NCBI GenBank assembly: GCA_012840085.1
Contig: DUMB01000066.1
Span: forward strand, 19,209 to 83,208
Origin: Clostridiaceae bacterium
Lineage (GTDB): Bacteria > Bacillota > Clostridia > Acetivibrionales > DUMB01
Direction: 5' to 3'
Length of the DNA stretch: 64,000 nucleotides
The position numbers and the translations under genes were made by a program. Below, one piece after another: positions 39,620-49,474 of the stretch. The notes under the pieces were generated by a model, which saw nothing but the letters and a program-made list of their open reading frames with translations, was not told the DNA's origin and did no database searches. The stretch's first letter is position 1; each line of letters starts with the position of its first letter.

Positions 39620-40039
39620 ATGCTTGTCAGAAACTGTGCAGGCGGTATAGTATTTAACAACGATCAGGTATTTCTCCTGAAGAATGAAAAGGGTGAATGG
39701 GTCTTTCCCAAGGGTGTAATTAAGAATGGAGAATTACCGAATGAAGTAGCACTTCGTAGAGTAAAGATTGAAGCAGGTATAGACGCTGAAATCATTTCAG
39801 CTGCTGGAAGAACAAATTATGAATTCTATTCTGTTACACGGCATAAGCCGGTCTGCAATAAAATTATCTGGTACATAATGAAATCCCTTGATGATAATTA
39901 TGAAGTTAATAAAGAAGAAAATTTTGTTGACGGCGGTTATTTTGATATAGATAAAGCTATTCAACTTGTAACATACAGCCAGGATAAAGCTCTGTTGAAT
40001 TTATCATATAAAAAGTATAAAGAGCTAGTGGTTGTATGA
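39620..40039 (+). CDS. NUDIX-family hydrolase (degenerate Nudix box)
   Basis: GX5EX7R..E.GI-like GVIKNGELPNEVALRRVKIEAGI; 139 aa. Confidence 0.5.
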   Translation: MLVRNCAGGIVFNNDQVFLLKNEKGEWVFPKGVIKNGELPNEVALRRVKIEAGIDAEIISAAGRTNYEFYSVTRHKPVCNKIIWYIMKSLDDNYEVNKEENFVDGGYFDIDKAIQLVTYSQDKALLNLSYKKYKELVVV

Positions 40040-40398
40040 TTTTTTTATGTACTTGTAATTTGCAGATTATTTATATGGCTTGATGACAAATATTGTGGAA
40101 TAATTTTTAAGTTATAAAAATTATAAAATATGGCTTAAGTAATATAACTTAAGCATTGTAATTAAGTATTGCAATTTATACATTATACATTAAGGGAAAA
40201 AACGCAAACAAAAGCGGCATTGCCACTTCTGTTTGCGTTTTATATTATATTAGTAGCAATTTATATTCCATTAATATCAAATTCTATTTTTTAATATTAC
40301 ATTTTTTAATGTAGCATTTTGTTATTTTATATCACGTTCTAATTATTTTTAATACTATGCTCTATTATTTTAAATATCAAGTTCTATATCAAGTTCAA

Positions 40399-41457
40399 TT
40401 ATTTTGTAACAGTGACTTTTTTCAGCATGCGCGGAGTGTCAGGATTTAATCCTTTTACAAGTGAAAGATTGCATGCAAAAAGCTGTGCCACAACAGCATT
40501 ATAGAACGGAGATATTAAATCGTCATCAGTCTGTGGTATTGCAAAACTGCTTGTTCCCCTGCCAAGTGCACTTTCGTTGTTAGATACCACTATAAGTTCA
40601 ATATTGCTTTCTGTAAGTCTGTCTATCATTGCAGATGTATCTCCGAATGAAGGACCATCAGGAGCATAAATTATTACGGGTATGTTCCTGTCTATCATTG
40701 CAATCGGTCCGTGCTGAAAATCCGAAATAGCAAAAGCTTTGGCACGGGCATAAGTAGTTTCCTGTATTTTAAGTGCAGATTCCATTGCTATAGCATAGTT
40801 GGTACCTCTGGCAAGTACAAAACATTCGTCCATAAATCTGTATCTTGGAGCAAATGATTCTATGATACTGCTTTTTTCCAATATGCCGGACACATTTTCA
40901 GGTACCAGTAAAAGGTTTTTGAACATTGTACTGTTTTTAGCCCATTCTGCAGTGAGCTGTGCAAACAACATCATTTCAGAAGTAAAAGTTTTTGTAGCCG
41001 CAACGCTTTCTTCAAGGCCTGCATTGCAATACAGATGATATTTTGATTCCTGAGCCAATGGTGAATCAGGAAAGTTTGTAATACTGACAGTCAGAGCGTC
41101 CTGCTTATTGGCGCTTCTTATGACTTCAAGAGCATCAGCGGCTTTACCTGATTGTGAAACCGCAATCACAAGGCCATTTTTAAACTTCAATGTTTTGTTG
41201 TAGAGAGTAAAAACTGAAGGAGCTGCCAGTGCAACAGGTATGCCAACTTCAGACTCGATTATGTATTTGCCATAAATTGATGCATGATCGGATGTACCTC
41301 TGGCTGCAATATAGACCCATTGAATATCACGTTTGTTAATTTCTTCAACAATCTTTTTGACAACCTCTGTGTTCTCCTGAATGCATCTATCGAGTACAAC
41401 AGGCTGTTCTCTGATTTCTTTAAGCATTTTAACCATATCAATACCTCGCATTATCAT
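40399..41457 (-). CDS. SIS-domain sugar-phosphate isomerase/deaminase (AgaS/GlmS C-terminal-like, two SIS domains)
   Basis: Tandem SIS domains (VYIAARGTSDHA...; LARGTNYAIAMESALKIQETTY). The real start is probably MVKMLKE. Confidence 0.7.
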   Translation of the reverse strand: MIMRGIDMVKMLKEIREQPVVLDRCIQENTEVVKKIVEEINKRDIQWVYIAARGTSDHASIYGKYIIESEVGIPVALAAPSVFTLYNKTLKFKNGLVIAVSQSGKAADALEVIRSANKQDALTVSITNFPDSPLAQESKYHLYCNAGLEESVAATKTFTSEMMLFAQLTAEWAKNSTMFKNLLLVPENVSGILEKSSIIESFAPRYRFMDECFVLARGTNYAIAMESALKIQETTYARAKAFAISDFQHGPIAMIDRNIPVIIYAPDGPSFGDTSAMIDRLTESNIELIVVSNNESALGRGTSSFAIPQTDDDLISPFYNAVVAQLFACNLSLVKGLNPDTPRMLKKVTVTK

Positions 41458-41800
41458 ATTTTATTATACATGGTGCTGATTATATAAAGATTTTCCTTTT
41501 ATGCCCAAACCCAAAGATATTTTACTTTAGGATGCTTTAAATGTCAACAAATTAACACTCTAAGCTGGCAGACATCTGGAAGCATTGAATATTCCTTAAC
41601 AGTAAATACTCATTCCTTAGAAAATATACTGTTTGCCGATATTCAATTATGGTATTATATAAATGCAAGAGGATGCTTCCTTATGGATAAAATAAATTTC
41701 CAATATGTTATATGAAGAATAAATCATATAAAAAATATAATTCTGAATAATTCAAATGATGCGTTATGGGATGTCCTCAGTTAGTTTAATACAATAATTA

Positions 41801-42472
41801 GTGCGTGGTGATTTGGGTTTGCTGAAGGAATACTATACTGTGTTGAATCCAGCGGTAACGGAATTTGAAGAAAAAAAATCAAGGTTTATTTCAAGTGTAC
41901 AACCCGTTTCTTCCGAGGATGAAGCGGTTGAGTTTATACAGTCCCTTAAGACGAAATACTGGGATGCAACTCACAACGTATATGCATATTATATCTGCGA
42001 GGATAATGAAATACAAAGGTTTAATGACGACGGAGAACCTTCGGGAACGGCGGGAATGCCGATACTGGAAGTTATAAAACGTATGGATGTTCGGAACCTT
42101 GTTGTGGTGGTGACAAGATACTTTGGCGGAACGCTGCTGGGTGCTGCAGGACTTGTGAGAGCGTACAGCAAGAGTGCGGCTATGGGTATAGAGGCTGCAA
42201 CCGTAGTAAAAAGGGTGCTTTGCACAGAAATTCAGATTGTCATAGGTTATTCCCAGCTCGGAAAGGTTCAGAATGCTCTTTTGTCTGAAGGTTATTTTAT
42301 TAAGGATACCAAATACGGACAGGATGTAGAATTTACTGCTTATGTACCTGTTGACCGGGTGGATGGTTTTAAGGCCATGATAAATGAGGTTACCAGCGGA
42401 GGAGCACTTATGGATTTTGGAGAAAGAGTATATGTAACACTGGACAGGAGTGGAAAGCCGCTATTTGACTAA
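41801..42472 (+). CDS. YigZ/IMPACT-family protein
   Basis: KKSRFISSVQPVSSEDEAVEFI...NVYAYY...DGEPSGTAGMP is the IMPACT N-terminal signature, with a C-terminal DUF1949-like domain. The start codon is uncertain. Confidence 0.7.
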   Translation: MRGDLGLLKEYYTVLNPAVTEFEEKKSRFISSVQPVSSEDEAVEFIQSLKTKYWDATHNVYAYYICEDNEIQRFNDDGEPSGTAGMPILEVIKRMDVRNLVVVVTRYFGGTLLGAAGLVRAYSKSAAMGIEAATVVKRVLCTEIQIVIGYSQLGKVQNALLSEGYFIKDTKYGQDVEFTAYVPVDRVDGFKAMINEVTSGGALMDFGERVYVTLDRSGKPLFD

Positions 42473-42510
42473 TTAGACATGGTGCCTGACTATTTAAAGC
42501 GGGTGCCTGA

Positions 42511-43512
42511 CTAATTTAACCTGGTGCCTGACAACTCTACTGCTGTCAACATGGCGGTATGTTCCGTATCGTTAATGATACAGTTATTGATGCCCGCTTT
42601 GTTAGTATATTGTTTCTTAGGCAATTCAACTATAAACTCAGCTCCAGCATTTTCCTTGCTCACCACTCTCACAATTCCGTTATGAAGCTCGACAAATGAT
42701 TTTACAATAGAAAGCCCTATACCGCTGCCTTCGTGTATTTTAGTCAGATTTTCCTTTGACTGGCGGAACTTTTCGAATATTGCAGAATGCATGTTTTCAG
42801 GAATGCCAGGGCCATTATCCTTGACGGATAAGCGGACGAATTCATCATTTTCACTTAGGGAAATGCTCACTTTATCGCCGTTTTTGGTATACTTGACGGC
42901 ATTTGACAGCAGATTCAACACTATTTTTTCATATTTTTCAATATCTATATCTGCATATATTTCCGCACATCCAGAATTAAAGTCCAGACATATGTCTTTT
43001 TGCTCAGCATAAGGTGCGGTCGACTTCACAATATTATGCGTGATTGCCACTATATTGCAATTGACCGGGTTGAATTCAAGACATCCGGAATCCGAGCGTG
43101 CTACATCAAGTACATTGTTTACAAGCCTCATGAGACTATAGGAATTTGATTTAATTATTTTCAGAAGATTTTTCACTTTCTCGTAGTCATTCTTTTCTGA
43201 CAAATTCTTATGCTCAATCAGCTGTAATGCACTAATTATTACATTTAAAGGAGTCTTGAGTTCATGTGTAATATCTATAAAAAAGTTTGTTTTCGCCTTT
43301 GCAGACTCAACCGTCTCATTATAAAGACAGGTGAGGCTTTCTACAGCGCGGCTTTTTCTCTCAATTTCAGCTTCGTATTCTTCTATCAATTTATTTTTTA
43401 TGATTATTTCCTGCTGAATTTTTAACAAATATCTTTTAATTATGATAAGTGCCAGTATCATAATTGTAAGCACAAACAACGATCCAGCAGTAATATAATA
43501 GTTTTGCATCAC
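42511..43512 (-). CDS. Orphan sensor histidine kinase (one TM helix, coiled coil, HisKA, HATPase_c)
   Basis: H-box ITHELKTPLNVI; N, G1 and G2 boxes (LLSNAVKYT, DNGPGIP, GSGIGLSIV). No response regulator lies adjacent. Confidence 0.8.
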   Translation of the reverse strand: MMQNYYITAGSLFVLTIMILALIIIKRYLLKIQQEIIIKNKLIEEYEAEIERKSRAVESLTCLYNETVESAKAKTNFFIDITHELKTPLNVIISALQLIEHKNLSEKNDYEKVKNLLKIIKSNSYSLMRLVNNVLDVARSDSGCLEFNPVNCNIVAITHNIVKSTAPYAEQKDICLDFNSGCAEIYADIDIEKYEKIVLNLLSNAVKYTKNGDKVSISLSENDEFVRLSVKDNGPGIPENMHSAIFEKFRQSKENLTKIHEGSGIGLSIVKSFVELHNGIVRVVSKENAGAEFIVELPKKQYTNKAGINNCIINDTEHTAMLTAVELSGTRLN

Positions 43513-43800
43513 TGGACATCACCTTATCATTAAGGATTGCCAATATTATCAAATTATATAACATAATCTTTGATTGGTATAATAATTTTACATAAATTTA
43601 CCATAAGTGTAAATATATTTCCTGTATGCTATAAATATGTAAGTACTTATTAGCTCTTTTGCTGTGCTTCCTAGAATTTATATCTTTATTAATTCACGTT
43701 TTAATATTATAATTTTAAAAGATAATAGCTCTGCAGGTTGTTGCATAGTTTTATATATTTTTATAATATATTAATATGAAATTATGGAGGTATTTATAAT

Positions 43801-44532
43801 ATGTCTGGACATTCAAAATGGGCAAATATTAAACATAAAAAAGAAAAGTCTGACGCTCAGAAGGGTAAGATATTTACCAAGCTTGGAAGAGAAATAGCTA
43901 TAGCAGTCAAGCAGGGGGGGCCTGACCCTGAGGTAAATTCCAAGCTGAAGGATATCATTGCGAAAGCAAAAGCTGCGAATATGCCAAATGACAACATAAT
44001 GCGCAGTATAAAGAAAGCTGCCGGAGACGTAGATAGCACCAATTACGAAGAAGTGGTATATGAAGGCTATGGACCAGGCGGAGTTGCGGTCATAGTAGAA
44101 ACTACTACCGACAACCGTAACAGGACGGCAGGAGATATAAGGCATTATTTTGACAAGTTCGGCGGCAACCTTGGGCAGACCGGGTGCGTTTCCTTTATGT
44201 TTGACAGAAAGGGAGTCATACTGATAGAAAAAAACGACAAGATTGACGAAGACAATCTTATGATGGAAGCTTTGGAAGCTGGTGCTGAGGATTTCAATGT
44301 AGAAGATGAATATTTTGAAATTCTTACAGAAACCGGGAATTTTTCTGCTGTAAGAGAAGCACTGGAAAGCAAAGGTTATGAATTTGCAGAAGCGGGAATT
44401 CAGGCTGTACCTCAGACCACAGTAAAGCTCACAGATCCTAAGCAGATTGAGCAGATGGAAAAGCTCATTGATGTGCTGGAAGATATGGATGATGTACAGG
44501 AAGTATGGCACAACTGGGATCAGGAGGAATAA
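43801..44532 (+). CDS. YebC/PmpR-family transcriptional regulator
   Basis: MSGHSKWANIKHKK N-terminus and a DUF28 fold. Confidence 0.9.
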   Translation: MSGHSKWANIKHKKEKSDAQKGKIFTKLGREIAIAVKQGGPDPEVNSKLKDIIAKAKAANMPNDNIMRSIKKAAGDVDSTNYEEVVYEGYGPGGVAVIVETTTDNRNRTAGDIRHYFDKFGGNLGQTGCVSFMFDRKGVILIEKNDKIDEDNLMMEALEAGAEDFNVEDEYFEILTETGNFSAVREALESKGYEFAEAGIQAVPQTTVKLTDPKQIEQMEKLIDVLEDMDDVQEVWHNWDQEE

Positions 44533-44562
44533 AAACCCCCTGATTATCTCAGGGGTTTTTTC
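44533..44562 (+). terminator. Rho-independent terminator
   Basis: aaaaaCCCCTGAttatcTCAGGGGtttttt. Confidence 0.85.
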
Positions 44563-44587
44563 AGGAGATATTTCAGGGGATATTCCT

Positions 44588-44827
44588 TTAGTCTGCCGCG
44601 TTGGATACTGTAACTACCATGCTGATTTCGCCGCCTTTTTTCTGCGCTTCGTCAAACATATTGCTCAGGCTGGCGAAAACCTCATCTTTTTCTCCTTTTA
44701 ATATAGTGCTCATGGAGTTTACTGAATAGTTTACATTTTTATTATTCAGAACTCCGATGGAACTATTTATCACGTCTGTTGAGTCATTGGTTTTCAGAGG
44801 GTAAATTGAAACTTCAGCTGTAATCAT
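44588..44827 (-). CDS. MTH1187/YkoF-family (UPF0045) small protein
   Basis: MITAEVSIYPLKT...MSTILKGEKDEV...ISMVVT is typical of this ferredoxin-like family. Confidence 0.5.
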   Translation of the reverse strand: MITAEVSIYPLKTNDSTDVINSSIGVLNNKNVNYSVNSMSTILKGEKDEVFASLSNMFDEAQKKGGEISMVVTVSNAAD

Positions 44828-44831
44828 GCAA

Positions 44832-45056
44832 TCAAATCCTTTCGTTCAGGTTTTTGAGTTCTTTTTCTGTCAAAGTATCTACATAATAGTTTTCAAGTTC
44901 ATTTTCTGCAGAGCAGCTCTGCTGATAATACCAGAACCTTACTTTATCTTCCACTTCATTAAAACTGCCCTCGATACTGTAAGGATAAACAGCAACAAGC
45001 TTATTTGTTTCCTTGTCGCGAAGGCATAATTTATCAGACTTGTTTATATATTGCAT
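44832..45056 (-). CDS. Hypothetical small protein (74 aa)
   Basis: The ORF ends 4 nt upstream of the start of the 44588..44827 gene, suggesting an operon. No recognised domain. Confidence 0.35.
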   Translation of the reverse strand: MQYINKSDKLCLRDKETNKLVAVYPYSIEGSFNEVEDKVRFWYYQQSCSAENELENYYVDTLTEKELKNLNERI

Positions 45057-45156
45057 TATAGTATTTCTCCTTTTAGCTTTCGTTAGATATCACTATATAT
45101 GTTCTGATAAAAGGTGAAGTTTTATTCGTTAATATACCAGGGTATATCAGAATATA

Positions 45157-45429
45157 TTAGAGCCTGGTGTTTCTTGACTGGACCTTTGCCTTTATTCTGT
45201 TTACAGTATAAACATCCTCAAGGGTTTTAATGTTGTATTTTTTACAACATTTTTTGCAGACAGACCTGTTTGCATTGCGGCCAAGACTAATATTTATGGT
45301 TTTGTGTATGTCAAAAGCCAACCTTGGTTTGATGGCTTTGCAGCAAAAACATCGTGGAAACAAATCCGGGGAAAATACTATTGCTAAAATTAAACATGCG
45401 GGTATAGCAAGAATCAGCAGTATATCCAT
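45157..45429 (-). CDS. Hypothetical small membrane protein with Cys pairs
   Basis: N-terminal TM helix (MDILLILAIPACLILAIVF) followed by CFCCK...CKKCCKK. Confidence 0.3.
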   Translation of the reverse strand: MDILLILAIPACLILAIVFSPDLFPRCFCCKAIKPRLAFDIHKTINISLGRNANRSVCKKCCKKYNIKTLEDVYTVNRIKAKVQSRNTRL

Positions 45430-45610
45430 AATATCAGCTCAAAGAAGTTGCTCCTGTTAATATATCTATTATGTGAGTATAAATGCTATACCAATATATA
45501 AGTTATTATTGCTGTACCAATACATAAAGTTATAATTGCCATGCCAGTGCATATAAAAATTTACGTAAAAAAAGGACTGCCACAATAATGAGGCAGTCCT
45601 TTTTTATTTA

Positions 45611-45796
45611 TTATTGATTATTGTAGTTCTTTCCGGTGTAGCTCTCGAAAACTTTCTTTACAATGTTGCCGCCAATCTTGCCAGCGTCAGATGCTTTGAG
45701 GTCACCATTGTAACCCTGTTTCAGGTTAACACCTACCTGTGATGCTATTTCATATTTCATATTTTCAAATGCAGTCTTACTTCTCCTGTTTGCCAT
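45611..45796 (-). CDS. Alpha/beta-type small acid-soluble spore protein
   Basis: KYEIASQVGVNLKQGYNGDL...GGNIVKK matches the SspA/B family signature. 61 aa. Confidence 0.8.
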   Translation of the reverse strand: MANRRSKTAFENMKYEIASQVGVNLKQGYNGDLKASDAGKIGGNIVKKVFESYTGKNYNNQ

Positions 45797-45923
45797 TATA
45801 TATCCTCCTTAATAACAGTATTTAGTCGCTATACTTATAATTTCTAGCGCATTCTTATGATTTGTGTTTTTTTTAATTTTTATAACGGTAATTTATGTCA
45901 CTCGCAATCGCTGCATTTTTTCT

Positions 45924-46148
45924 TTATTCTCTGGTTTCTTTTGCAGGTTCTGCTTCTCTGAACAATAAGCTTATACTGAACAGACCTGCCAATCCTACAA
46001 TTATATATACCAGTTTACTCAGGAATGCTGTTTGACCGCCAAATATAGAAGCTACCAAGTCAAATTCGAACAAGCCGACAAGAAGCCAGTTGAGAGCTCC
46101 GATTATAACAAGTACCAGGGCAAGCCTGTCCAAAGGTGTTCTATTCAT
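45924..46148 (-). CDS. DUF378 membrane protein
   Basis: LDRLALVLVIIGALNWLLVGLFEFDLVASIFGG is typical of DUF378. Start taken at MNRTPL. Confidence 0.6.
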   Translation of the reverse strand: MNRTPLDRLALVLVIIGALNWLLVGLFEFDLVASIFGGQTAFLSKLVYIIVGLAGLFSISLLFREAEPAKETRE

Positions 46149-46382
46149 AGTAACAACTCCTTTCAATCATATTAACTGGCATTTTGCTGTTTCCGGGAAT
46201 GAATCCCGCAACACAGCAACTAAATAATCAATGAAAGCGAACCAGGAATTTGCAGCTAATAATATGCAAGCTTCGCTTTCATATTATGACTTAGTATTTC
46301 CCTTTATGGCGTATTAATTCTTGTAATATATTCTTGTAATACTTTCAAAAGAATTCATTATCAATATCCGGTTTAATCCAGT

Positions 46383-46544
46383 TCAGGGCATGCTTATTGT
46401 TTTTGCATTTTGCAGAGACGTTGGCTTCTCTTGAAAAAATATGCAATCCGAGGTAAATGATACTGAGCTTGTAATTGTGTTGTCAAGCGTACATTTCCCA
46501 TCTTTTTGATGGATACAATTAGATGAACAATTTATGGTTGTCAT
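46383..46544 (-). CDS. Small Cys-rich protein (about 53 aa), DUF1540-like; missing from the ORF track (under 60 aa)
   Basis: Manual translation gives MTTINCSSNCIHQKDGKCTLDNTITSSVSFTSDCIFFQEKPTSLQNAKTISMP, with a CAGGAGG RBS 7 nt upstream of the ATG. The C-x3-C-x8-C pattern resembles sporulation-associated DUF1540. Confidence 0.4.
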   Translation of the reverse strand: MTTINCSSNCIHQKDGKCTLDNTITSSVSFTSDCIFFQEKPTSLQNAKTISMP

Positions 46545-47003
46545 AAAATTACCTCCTGTGATGTTATTATGCCCATTTATAATATTAAATATTAGAAGAG
46601 GGAATTGGCAAAAGGACCGGTAAAAAGTGAACGCCGCGCCTTATATAATAAGGCGCGGTATATTTAAATAACTACCCACTGCCATGGCAGCAGGCAGTTA
46701 GTCCTGTGATAACTTCGCTATAGATAAATAGTGAAGTTATATGAAATTTTCGGTGTTTATTCAAGTATTATGAAGCTTAATTTAAAATACTGCAAATAAA
46801 CTTGTTTTATAATTTATATAATCATGTTATGTCTTTTTCATAATTTTTATGCTACGGTGCAAAGTCAAGCCTTATAAGCAATTATTGGCTTATGGTATAA
46901 TAATATGATGGATAAGCAAAAAATGTGATTAACATTTTTATGAGTTTATTGCAGATAATGAAAGAGATTTTTTGTAGAGGAAGAAAGAATTTTTCTTGCA
47001 AGG

Positions 47004-47771
47004 ATGAAAAAATTGAAATTTGCAGATAACCCAAATATTCCTGATAAGCCGCTTAGTATAGCGCTTGTGGACGGACGTATACAAAAAGTACTTGAAAATA
47101 AGCTTGCTCATATGGGAGTCAGAGTTATAAAAACGGAAAAATATAAAGGCTTATATGAAGCAATATCATATCATCCTGATATTTTATACCACCACTTGGG
47201 AGGAAATAAGATTGTATATGCGCCCGGAACAAGCGAGAGGGTAAATAATTCACTTGAAAACCTTGGCTTTCAGCTTATTCCAGGCAGTACGCGGCTAGGT
47301 GGAAAATATCCGTTTAATATAGCATATAATGTAGCGAGACTTGGAAATGTAGCTTTTCATAATTTAAAATTCACAGATCCTGTGCTTGCGAATGAACTAA
47401 TTTCACAGGGAGTAGAACTTGTTCATGTAAATCAGGGATATGCCAAGTGTTCCATCTCTGTAGTGGATGAAAATTCGATAATCACTTCAGATCCCGGGAT
47501 AGCAAAAGTCGCTGTGAAAAAAGGCCTTGATGTGCTTCTTATTGAACCGGAAGAGGAAATCAAACTTCCTGGAATAAAATATGGTTTCATCGGAGGAAGC
47601 AGCGGTTTGATTGATAAAAAAAAATGGCTGTTAACCGGGGATATCCTGAACCTTAAATCCTCTGAAAAAATAATTCAATTTCTGCAAAAAAAATGTATTG
47701 ATATTGTTCATCTGCCTGGTGAACCTGTAGTTGACATCGGCTCAATAATTCCTTTAATGACATGCGAATAA
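47004..47771 (+). CDS. Hypothetical protein, possibly amidinotransferase/DDAH (pentein) fold without the usual C-terminal Cys nucleophile
   Basis: Its length and C-terminal block (ELVHVNQGYAKCSISVVDENSIITSDPG...GFIGGSSGL) loosely resemble the DDAH topology. This is weak, memory-based similarity. Confidence 0.4.
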   Translation: MKKLKFADNPNIPDKPLSIALVDGRIQKVLENKLAHMGVRVIKTEKYKGLYEAISYHPDILYHHLGGNKIVYAPGTSERVNNSLENLGFQLIPGSTRLGGKYPFNIAYNVARLGNVAFHNLKFTDPVLANELISQGVELVHVNQGYAKCSISVVDENSIITSDPGIAKVAVKKGLDVLLIEPEEEIKLPGIKYGFIGGSSGLIDKKKWLLTGDILNLKSSEKIIQFLQKKCIDIVHLPGEPVVDIGSIIPLMTCE

Positions 47772-47920
47772 AATTTCCCTTTGTAGTAACTTAGAGTTTC
47801 TGAAAACATATAATATAGCAGAAATCAAAATAGCAGCTACATACACTGTATGGAACAATTTGTATAATACTTATACTGCATACAACAAATTTCTGAGACA
47901 TATACTACACGTGAAGGGAT

Positions 47921-48871
47921 GTGAAGTTGATGCAGTTTCTGTGCATAGGAATTGATAGCTGTACGGATGACATTATGCGAGATATATTAAACGAGTTGGA
48001 GCAATTACGGAGCCACAAAATAGATTACAGCGTTAATGAAGACAATTCCAACGGTTCTGCTTCCATAATTTTCCGGATTAGCGATGACAATTTATACAAG
48101 GAAAACTCAGGACAATCCTATAAAATGTTAAAAACGCTTGTTTCAAACGCTCTGGCGGATTATATAATAAGACAATACGAACAAAAACTGATAACAAGGA
48201 TTATCAACAGCAATTACTGCTATTTTAATTCCTTGGAAAGAAAGGAGATTCTTAAGAAAGCTCTTCACATTACCAGAAATGAGGACAGAAATTTCTTCAA
48301 CAGCCTTTTTCAGGTCCGTAGAAGAAATACCATAGTCAGAAAGCTTGTAGACTATTTTGACAGTTCCAACAGCTTAATACTTGACGGTTTTGTGAATTTC
48401 AGGCTCAAAGACTACGTTAAGGATCTGGAAGAAATAGTGGATAAAGCTGTGGATGATTACCTGATGGAAAGAGAATATAAGGAATTTATAAGGTTATTAA
48501 GGTACTTTGTAGACATACAGGATCCAAAGTTTGATACCATACACGTAATTGCTGGCTTTGACAACAGGTACACTTTATTGGATGAAACTAAAAAGGAGAT
48601 AACAAGTGAATGCATTCAAGAGTTCATCAGTGAGATCTCGGAAGAGGACATTAATTATGATGACCTGCTTGTCAGTTCACTGATAACTTTTGCTCCAAGA
48701 AAGATTGTCATCCACTGTACCGGACAATTAAGAAACAAGGAGTTGCTGGAGACCATTAAGAATGTGTTTCCTGATAAGGTGTTTATGTGCAACGGCTGTG
48801 AAATATGTCTGCTGAGTGTTGCAAAGAGTGAAGCTAAGAAACATCATGAAAAACCAACATACAAAATATAG
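47921..48871 (+). CDS. YtxC-like putative sporulation protein
   Basis: Blocks ALADYIIRQYE, FRLKDY and DDYLMEREYKEFIRLLRYF resemble B. subtilis YtxC from memory. Confidence 0.45.
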   Translation: MKLMQFLCIGIDSCTDDIMRDILNELEQLRSHKIDYSVNEDNSNGSASIIFRISDDNLYKENSGQSYKMLKTLVSNALADYIIRQYEQKLITRIINSNYCYFNSLERKEILKKALHITRNEDRNFFNSLFQVRRRNTIVRKLVDYFDSSNSLILDGFVNFRLKDYVKDLEEIVDKAVDDYLMEREYKEFIRLLRYFVDIQDPKFDTIHVIAGFDNRYTLLDETKKEITSECIQEFISEISEEDINYDDLLVSSLITFAPRKIVIHCTGQLRNKELLETIKNVFPDKVFMCNGCEICLLSVAKSEAKKHHEKPTYKI

Positions 48872-48894
48872 ATTTTTACAAATATTAACATAAC

Positions 48895-48926
48895 AGGGGA
48901 GGGGTTACTACCCCTCAACCTTTTTA
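48895..48926 (+). terminator. Rho-independent terminator
   Basis: GAGGGGttactaCCCCTCaacctttttatt. Confidence 0.7.
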
Positions 48927-49474
48927 TTGACTTTTTTAAATATTGAAGCCTCAAAAGCTTATCCTGACTACATTTCACAAGATATCTGATGCTTAGCAAT
49001 ATGTCCAAAATACGCCAAGTACTTACATAAATCTGGATATTGTACTAAATTACTACATAATTTTACTTTAATGTATTGACAATTATAAATGGAGTGATAC
49101 AATATATTGTGTGGTAATAAAATGCAATTGTTGATTGCGTAATACCTATACAAAAGATAAAATGTACAAAAGTGCCAAAGATAAGGAAGAATAACTAACA
49201 AAAGAAGAGATGTCCGGGGAAAGAAAAGAGAGTCGATGACTCTCTTTTCCCTTTCAAATAAAGATATTGATAAATGTCTATACCCTGTTTCCTAACGCCT
49301 CTTTTCAGCCATATTCTATTGCGTAATTAACTTGTTTTGCCAAGCAATGAGACAGCATTTCTTAAAAGCGCAGCAGCCATATAACAGAGTTTAATTTTTC
49401 AGTAATTTATGTTAGAATAACATAAATAAAACTAACTTGTGAAGCTTTGCCATTCCGTTAATGGAGGAATTATT

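Noticed and set aside
16061-44511. Numerous antisense or internal ORFs from the track (for example 16061..16480, 17645..18241, 20371..20994, 33348..33926, 36675..37328, 43813..44511, 29508..30080)
   Set aside because: Each lies entirely within, and opposite or out of frame to, a confidently assigned conserved gene. They lack an RBS and have biased or low-complexity translations.
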